Part shown: piece by piece, positions 57,771-64,000 of the stretch
Layout of the letters: each line of letters opens with the position of its first letter
Numbering within the stretch: the stretch's first letter is position 1
Origin: an uncultured bacterium
Lineage (GTDB): Bacteria > Patescibacteriota > Minisyncoccia > Phycocordibacterales > UBA9973
Direction: 5' to 3'
Assembly: GCA_903894565.1 (NCBI GenBank)
Contig: CAITQP010000007.1
Location: 28,213 to 92,212 of the forward strand
DNA length: 64,000 nt
Made by a program: the position numbers and the translations under genes
Notes under the pieces: model-generated
The model's input: only the letters and a program-made list of their open reading frames with translations
Database searches by the model: none
What the model was told of the DNA's origin: nothing

Positions 57771-58901
57771 TTATCCAAGTTTTCGAAGTGCGAGACCAAG
57801 AGCGACAGCAAACTCTGGACCAGTTTCGGCAAGAACTTTTGCTACGAACTCTGGTACCTGAACTTTATCAAAAGGATTACCATAGACAACTTCAGTACGA
57901 AATACATCAGACGCATGTTCACGAAAACCAGGGAGCAACGAACCTGCGCCAGTAAGGATCACTTTTGAAATTGGCTTCTCGTATTTACGCTCAAACGCTT
58001 GGATCACAGTCTGCGTTTCAGACAAAATATAATCAACAACAAGTTTCGCAACATCAGATGCTGCTCGGTTGTTACCGTTACCGACTATTCCAATATCACG
58101 TTTCATATCTTCAGCTTTCGCAAAAGATACGGCAAGCGAATTGGCGATATTGGAAGTAATATCAAATGATCCTTTGTTAACAATGTGAAAACTACGCACG
58201 ATGCCGTACTCAACAACTGCGAGTTTCGTTTTTGATGCACCAAAATCAACCAACAGTACCGCTGAAAGTTCGTGAGCAAACGTTGAACGAATCGAAGAGA
58301 AAACCTCGATCTCAAAAACATCACAATTGAGTCCTGAAATTTTCGTAAGGTCACGATATTTTGATAAGGTATCGTTATGTATTGCCGCAGTCAATACCTC
58401 AGATTTTGCAGGAAGTATCTCCGCCTTACTTCTCTCGTCTTCATAAAAACCTTCTTGACGATGTGGAATAACCCAGTAATCAAGTGTCACTTCTGAGATA
58501 GGTACTGGAATAAATTTGCGTGCTTCTGTAGGAACAATATTTGGTAAATCTCGTTCCGTGATTGTCGCTGGAATTTCAAGCAAAAAAACAAGCGAAGCAG
58601 AGGAAGGAATCGAGAGGGCTGCTTCTCGAGTACTGATTGAACCTTCCTTCAATGCATCCCCGATCGCCTTTGCAAGCAGGTCAGAAGAAAGATTGGTGGT
58701 TGCACCAACGTCAAGATTCGCATACGGACCAAGGGCCAGCGTGCTATATGTCCCAAGTACCGCGCGTCCATTCATTTTTTTTAGCTCGACGAGCTTAATA
58801 CTTGAAGTACCAATATCGACGCCAACGGCAATCTCGACTGAAGGGGTCCCGCGCAAAGCGTTTAGGTTGAATTCGGCCATGATTTTTTTAAACAGGTTCA
58901 T
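57771..58901 (-). CDS. pilM: type IV pilus assembly protein PilM (actin-like ATPase fold)
   Basis: N-terminal VGVDIGTSSIKLVELKK phosphate-1 motif of the actin/FtsA/PilM fold. 376 aa. Confidence 0.8.
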   Translation of the reverse strand: MNLFKKIMAEFNLNALRGTPSVEIAVGVDIGTSSIKLVELKKMNGRAVLGTYSTLALGPYANLDVGATTNLSSDLLAKAIGDALKEGSISTREAALSIPSSASLVFLLEIPATITERDLPNIVPTEARKFIPVPISEVTLDYWVIPHRQEGFYEDERSKAEILPAKSEVLTAAIHNDTLSKYRDLTKISGLNCDVFEIEVFSSIRSTFAHELSAVLLVDFGASKTKLAVVEYGIVRSFHIVNKGSFDITSNIANSLAVSFAKAEDMKRDIGIVGNGNNRAASDVAKLVVDYILSETQTVIQAFERKYEKPISKVILTGAGSLLPGFREHASDVFRTEVVYGNPFDKVQVPEFVAKVLAETGPEFAVALGLALRKLG

Positions 58902-58933
58902 GAATTATTAGGATGTAGAGATAGTATAGCTCC

Positions 58934-60007
58934 CTACTGTAAAAAAGCCAGTCCGTCGGGGCGAGCTCGCATCGCGATAATGTCGCTCCATACTCGGTCG
59001 TCCTCTTGACCAAGAGCCCATGCAGAAAATCCTCGAAGATTCTTGTCAGTAACCAACGCGAGCTTGGTTTGAAAACTTCGCTGATCTTCGTACCACGCTA
59101 TATATTGTCTATTCTGCTTTACATAGGTTACATACGATACACCGAGGTCATCAGACCATCCCTTCGTCTGGTATGCACCACTCGAAAGCAACTTCGCGAC
59201 AGAGCCGTACGTAACGATATGATCGAGCTTGCCTGTTTTTACACGATCTACCCAGGTATAAAACGCTACACCAAGGGAGACCTTGTTCGCTGGGATTCGA
59301 GCAAGCGTGTAATCAACGACCTGCTTTACCCATGGAAGCGCTGCGGTTGGACCAACGGAACGTGAATCGTCATATGCCATCACCGAAACAAAATCAACTG
59401 ATTTTCCGATTGCCGTGTAATCAAATGCTCCAGTCCAATTCTCGTATGATCCACCACCATAATCTGCGATCGCGTCCGAATGACGCGGAGCAAGGGCAAC
59501 CGACAATTGCAAACCTGCTGCGTGAAAATATGGAGCACTCTTTGCGACAAATGCTGAGTACAAATCTCTGTCGCTCGCCATCATATGTTCGAAATCATAT
59601 TGAAATCCAATGTATCCCCTCAGTTTTGCCTCAGCAATCAAATCAATAATCAATTTATTTTCGGCAGTATCGTTTTGCAAAAATGCATGCACATCATTTT
59701 GGCTGAAATATTGATTCACAACAAGCGGCATCACTTGTGCACCTGCATCACTCGCGATTTTGAGGATCGTTTGACTTGGCGAACCAAGTAATTTTCCTGT
59801 TTTTGTCGCAGCGTACGTTTGTGGCGCAACAATATCCATAGCCGTAACATGTTTTCGTAATGAATCGATGCCACTCTTTGTTGCAGTCACATACAATAGT
59901 GCGTGCGGAGTCGCGGAAGAAGGAGTGTCAGCAAAGACAGTTGTCGAAACACCACAAAAAAGAATCACTGAAAAAATGATTGAGGAAAAAATGCGCAAGC
60001 TATGCAT
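58934..60007 (-). CDS. secreted glycoside hydrolase family 18 (chitinase-like) protein
   Basis: Signal peptide. GH18 catalytic motif GFQYDFEHM (DxDxE-type). The start at 60007 gives an 8-nt ATGCATAG overlap with the upstream ATPase gene; alternative start at 60031. Confidence 0.6.
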   Translation of the reverse strand: MHSLRIFSSIIFSVILFCGVSTTVFADTPSSATPHALLYVTATKSGIDSLRKHVTAMDIVAPQTYAATKTGKLLGSPSQTILKIASDAGAQVMPLVVNQYFSQNDVHAFLQNDTAENKLIIDLIAEAKLRGYIGFQYDFEHMMASDRDLYSAFVAKSAPYFHAAGLQLSVALAPRHSDAIADYGGGSYENWTGAFDYTAIGKSVDFVSVMAYDDSRSVGPTAALPWVKQVVDYTLARIPANKVSLGVAFYTWVDRVKTGKLDHIVTYGSVAKLLSSGAYQTKGWSDDLGVSYVTYVKQNRQYIAWYEDQRSFQTKLALVTDKNLRGFSAWALGQEDDRVWSDIIAMRARPDGLAFLQ

Positions 60008-62564
60008 GTTTTTTTGAGTGCGTTTTTGCATGTGGTGCGATGAGATCTTCTCCATTGTGATTCCAAAAGTGATAATACGCAAGTTTGAGTGCTTCACTCG
60101 TCACAAAATACAAACAAACAATCGCGACGATAGTACAGATATTAAAGAACGACGGACTCACGAATCGGAAAAATGTGTGGCCAAACGTAGTAAACGGAAT
60201 TCCAACCGCGATACCAACGCAACAAACTGAAAGAATCATCAGCGCACGAGAAGGCATCTTTGCCTTCCAAAATGGTTCACGAGTACGAATAGAGTACACG
60301 AGCGCAAGTTCAGTCAAAACACTTCCGATAAACCAACATGTTTGCAGTGTTTGTTCACTTGAGTGATAGAACGTTGCGAAGAAAATAAAATCAAACAATG
60401 TTGACACAAGACCGAGAATGATCGCGATGAGCACAATTTCATGAACACTATATCGTCGAGGCTTTTTGATATCACGGGAAGCAACCGTATCGGTGGCAAT
60501 TGCAAGCATCGGAGAATCAGAAATGAGGTTGAGCAACAAAATCTGAATCGGAAGCATCGGAAGATATGGCAAAATAAGTTGCGCGATCGCAATCGTATAA
60601 AAATTTCCGAATGTAGAGATAAGACTCGTCTTCAAATACTTCACCGTATTTTCAAATACGGCACGACCACTCTTGATGCCTCCAATGATCACATGGAGTG
60701 ATCGATTCAGCAAAACAACATCAGCTGCATCGCGCGCAATATCAGACGCATTTGAAACAACAAGTCCAACCGAGGCAATCTTGAGCGCAGGCGCATCGTT
60801 GATACCATCGCCGAGATACCCGACAGATTTGTCTTTGGAAAGTATCTCAATCACACGATACTTCCCTGCAGGCGACATCCGCGCAAACACGTGATATTCG
60901 TGAACCGCTTCATTTTGTTCCGCGGGCGAAAGTGCAAGAAGTTGTGCTTCGGTGATGACCTTAGATGCATCAGTGACAATGCCGACTTCGCGGGCGACGG
61001 CGCCGGCTACGTCGGCGCCGTCGCCCGTCAAAATAACAATAGATACTCCAAGATTCTCAGCTTCGAGAATAGCACCTTTTGTCGTCGTCTTTACTGGGTC
61101 ACTAAATGAAACACATCCAACATAAGTTAGTTTTTTCTCGTCTTTGTCACAAGCCTTTGGATGAGTACAAACGCCACGCGCAACAGCAAGTGTACGGTGA
61201 CCTGCCTTACCCTGAGAAGCAACCCACTCCATGATTTTTTCGATCTCTTCTTTTGAAAGTGTGGTCAGTGCAAGAATTGTTTCAGGTGCACCACGAACAA
61301 CAACTTCGCTGGTATTTTCTGTGCCATGTTTTACTGCGACAGACACGCGACGACGGTTGGGATCAAACGGAATTGATGACACTCGACTATATATCTTGAG
61401 TGCCTCGCGTTCTGGTCGAGTCATCTTTTGGAACACAGCGAGATCAAATGCATCCACCGGCTCTTTGTCGGATGAGATCACTTCGTTTGAAGCAAGCGCA
61501 GCATACCCGAGACATTCAGATTGATCGACGGCGTTGATCGTTTGAATAGAAAGATGATTTTCGGTGAGGGTTCCCGTCTTGTCGGTACAAAGTATTTCGA
61601 TGCTTCCAAGATCCTCTACTGCGGAGAGACGTTTAACGACGACATGCTCTCGTGCAAGTCTGAGCGCTCCACGAGAAAGTGACAATGTCGTTACCATCGG
61701 CAACGCTTCCGGAATCACAGAGATCGCAAGAGCAACGGCGAAGAGTAAAAGCTCCACAATGTTATGTGTTCCTTTGATAATAAGATTCACGGCAAGGAGA
61801 ATAATCAGAATCACTGACACCATTTTCATGATGAACTCTGCAAACATTCTGATTGATAACTCAAATGCAGACAAATGATCTGTCTCCACCGTCAATGTCG
61901 CGATTCCTCCAATTTCAGTATTCTTCCCAGTTGCAACAACAACACCGACGCCACGGCCACTCGTTACGGTCGTTCCAGAATACGCCATATTTACCGCACT
62001 TCCGATATCAAGCGCTTCTGTTTTTTGAGCATCGCCGATTTTGGTTGCAGGAGCTGATTCCCCAGAAAGAACTGATTCATCTATTGAAAGACCTGTTGTT
62101 TCGATAAGGCGAACATCGGCGTCGATGATATCCCCTGTTTCAATAATAATGATGTCACCAGGAACAAGTGCTCCGGCATCAATTACAAGTTCTTCACCAT
62201 TACGACGTACTCGTGCGTGTGGATTCATGAATCGCTTTAAAAGAAGAAGCGAGCGAGCAGAGTGATATTCCTGAAAGAATGAAATACATACGTTCACGAG
62301 AACGAAAATAGTAACGATCACTCCATCTGAAACCTGACCGAGAAGGAGCGCGAGTACTGCTGTCGCAACAAGTATATAGACAAACGGAGACTTAACCTGA
62401 CGAACAAGAATGGAAAACCATGACACCGCGTGAGCCTCAAGTTCGTTGGGGCCAACCTCAGAAAGACGCTTTGTGGCTTCAGCGGACGTGAGTCCGCCCT
62501 CCCGGGTTTTCATTTCAGCAAACAAATCGCTCGTGCTTTGTGTTGTGTGTGTTCCAATTGCCAT
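60000..62564 (-). CDS. cation-transporting P-type ATPase (Mg2+/Ca2+-type, P2/P3 family)
   Basis: Phosphorylation motif CTDKTGTLT, hinge GDGINDAPALK, TGES-like and PEALP motifs. Ten transmembrane helices. 854 aa. Confidence 0.85.
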   Translation of the reverse strand: MAIGTHTTQSTSDLFAEMKTREGGLTSAEATKRLSEVGPNELEAHAVSWFSILVRQVKSPFVYILVATAVLALLLGQVSDGVIVTIFVLVNVCISFFQEYHSARSLLLLKRFMNPHARVRRNGEELVIDAGALVPGDIIIIETGDIIDADVRLIETTGLSIDESVLSGESAPATKIGDAQKTEALDIGSAVNMAYSGTTVTSGRGVGVVVATGKNTEIGGIATLTVETDHLSAFELSIRMFAEFIMKMVSVILIILLAVNLIIKGTHNIVELLLFAVALAISVIPEALPMVTTLSLSRGALRLAREHVVVKRLSAVEDLGSIEILCTDKTGTLTENHLSIQTINAVDQSECLGYAALASNEVISSDKEPVDAFDLAVFQKMTRPEREALKIYSRVSSIPFDPNRRRVSVAVKHGTENTSEVVVRGAPETILALTTLSKEEIEKIMEWVASQGKAGHRTLAVARGVCTHPKACDKDEKKLTYVGCVSFSDPVKTTTKGAILEAENLGVSIVILTGDGADVAGAVAREVGIVTDASKVITEAQLLALSPAEQNEAVHEYHVFARMSPAGKYRVIEILSKDKSVGYLGDGINDAPALKIASVGLVVSNASDIARDAADVVLLNRSLHVIIGGIKSGRAVFENTVKYLKTSLISTFGNFYTIAIAQLILPYLPMLPIQILLLNLISDSPMLAIATDTVASRDIKKPRRYSVHEIVLIAIILGLVSTLFDFIFFATFYHSSEQTLQTCWFIGSVLTELALVYSIRTREPFWKAKMPSRALMILSVCCVGIAVGIPFTTFGHTFFRFVSPSFFNICTIVAIVCLYFVTSEALKLAYYHFWNHNGEDLIAPHAKTHSKKHA

Positions 62565-62715
62565 ATGTGGATATAATTATAGCCTATTTTGAAATGTGAT
62601 ATACTGTTTGAGTCGATTTTTTTAGTGGTTTACTTAGAACACTACTATGCTCGGAGGACACTAATACGGCGAGGAAAGGGGCGAGCGTAAGCTCGCCCCT
62701 TTCCGTACTTATTTT

Positions 62716-63936
62716 ATGACCACACATACTCTCAAAAAAAATCCGTGTGCCGCTTGCGGTACAAGCCCCGTCAATCATCCCCGTTTTTATCTCGGGTCAG
62801 TACTTGAAAGTACCATCGAAACAACCATGGGTTTCCTTTTTGGATGGATCCGTGTCCCCCGCGAAGGAAGAATCTCAAACATCATCACCGCGGGACTTGT
62901 TGGTTTTTTTCGAATCATAGGACTCGCACATTTTGATACCGATACAGAAAAAGCAATCAGCGGAAGATCAAAACTTATTTGGGAGGAAGCCAACCGTCGA
63001 AAAATCCCGATGCAACAGATCGTTATGTTTGGAAAACACCTTGAACAATACCGCGCAAAGGTTGGTGGCTCATGGGTGTACTTTCAAAGTATCCCTATTC
63101 CTTTCTGGCTTCCTCAAAAAGGCTACGACTGGATGGATGACAAATTTAAACTCGGAGCACATCTTGAAAAAGCAGGGATCCCAACACCGAAAGTAATGCA
63201 TGGATGGAGCTGGTTTAAGATTCGTAGAGCATTTGCTGACTTTAAGAAACCAGTTATTATCAAACCACGTTCTGGTTCACGAGGCAGACACACTACAACA
63301 AACATTCACACCGAGGCCGAGCTTCGCTCGGCCTACAAACTCGCGCGAATGATTGCTCCCGAACTCGTCATGGAAGAACACCTCTATGGTTCGGTGTACC
63401 GAGCGACGATAGTTGAGAGCAAGCTTGTGGGATTCTTTCGTGCCGATCCCCCACAGATCACCGGTGACGGAGAACATACAACCAAAGAACTTATTGAAAG
63501 AAAAAATCTCCAAAAAAATACTGATCCCCTCAAAAAAGAAAAGCTTGGTGACATAGCGATCAATGAAGATTTAATTTCATTCATCGCTCGACTCGGATAT
63601 ACGCTCGAAAGTATTGTCCCCAGCAATCTCACACTCGACCTCTCTGCCAAAACCGGCCGCCTCTATGGTGGATATACTCGTGAGATGATTTCCGAGGTCC
63701 ACCCCAAAATGCACGAGATTTTTGCCAAAGCAGGAAAAGCGATACAAGCTCCCATTGTCGGTTTTGATCTCATTATCGAGCGACCGACTGAAGATCCCGA
63801 CACACAGACATGGGGCATCATCGAAGCAAACTCGCTTCCCTTCATTGATCTCCATTATTTTGCACTCGAAGGTACGCCAAATAATATCGCCATTCCAATA
63901 TGGGATGTGTGGGAAGACCACTACAAAGTATTCTAA
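62716..63936 (+). CDS. ATP-grasp domain protein (cyanophycin-synthetase-like/RimK-like ligase fold)
   Basis: ATP-grasp-type VIIKPRSGSRGRHTT and surrounding pattern. N-terminal CAAC motif. Function unclear. Confidence 0.45.
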   Translation: MTTHTLKKNPCAACGTSPVNHPRFYLGSVLESTIETTMGFLFGWIRVPREGRISNIITAGLVGFFRIIGLAHFDTDTEKAISGRSKLIWEEANRRKIPMQQIVMFGKHLEQYRAKVGGSWVYFQSIPIPFWLPQKGYDWMDDKFKLGAHLEKAGIPTPKVMHGWSWFKIRRAFADFKKPVIIKPRSGSRGRHTTTNIHTEAELRSAYKLARMIAPELVMEEHLYGSVYRATIVESKLVGFFRADPPQITGDGEHTTKELIERKNLQKNTDPLKKEKLGDIAINEDLISFIARLGYTLESIVPSNLTLDLSAKTGRLYGGYTREMISEVHPKMHEIFAKAGKAIQAPIVGFDLIIERPTEDPDTQTWGIIEANSLPFIDLHYFALEGTPNNIAIPIWDVWEDHYKVF

Positions 63937-64000
63937 CTATCATGTACGAACAAATCACCGAACAAGAACAAAAGGAACAGAACCCATTCCGAACAATGGA

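Overview
The window looks like a small, A+T-rich bacterial genome fragment. By inference it comes from a Patescibacteria/CPR-like or similar reduced lineage: there is a type IV pilus locus without a secretin, many small hypothetical proteins, CxxC zinc-ribbon proteins, and promoters of the sigma70 TTGACA-N17-TATAAT type. Release factor 2 is present and ORFs look complete, so the standard genetic code is assumed.

Layout:
- 1-12 kb: sugar/nucleotide metabolism (phosphomannomutase-like HAD hydrolase plus cupin mannose-6-P isomerase), secreted and cell-surface proteins (an NHL-repeat protein with a T9SS-like C-terminal domain, a PG-binding protein, a phage tail-collar protein), and a TMEM175-like channel.
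- 12.8-18 kb: accessory genes, including an Mrr-type nuclease paired with a 594-aa protein of unknown function.
- 18-32 kb: a mosaic integrated region bounded by tRNA-like repeat scars on the left and an intact tRNA-Gln on the right. It carries a PD40 beta-propeller, a CDA-fold deaminase, a Type III restriction-modification system (mod-res), several unknown proteins, a tyrosine integrase, two excisionase-like HTH proteins and a large serine recombinase whose 3' end overlaps the tRNA-Gln.
- 32-45.8 kb: housekeeping genes (LOG, pyrG, ftsEX, TauE/SafE exporter, prfB, GNAT, gatCA, ligA) and a minus-strand tRNA cluster (Thr, an intron-split tRNA, Asp, Met, fMet) interleaved with free-standing HNH and GIY-YIG nuclease genes.
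- 45.8-58.9 kb: a complete type IV pilus gene cluster (pilM, a PrsW-family protease, pilN, pilO, an unknown, pilB, response regulator, pilT, pilC, pilA, pilD, three minor pilins, PilX-like).
- 58.9-64 kb: a GH18 hydrolase, a P-type ATPase and an ATP-grasp protein.

Also seen: two copies of a hairpin with a conserved 55-nt loop and different, covarying stems, a related AT-rich hairpin family inside the tRNA-like repeats, and several rho-independent terminators and sigma70-like promoters. No rRNA genes or CRISPR arrays were seen.
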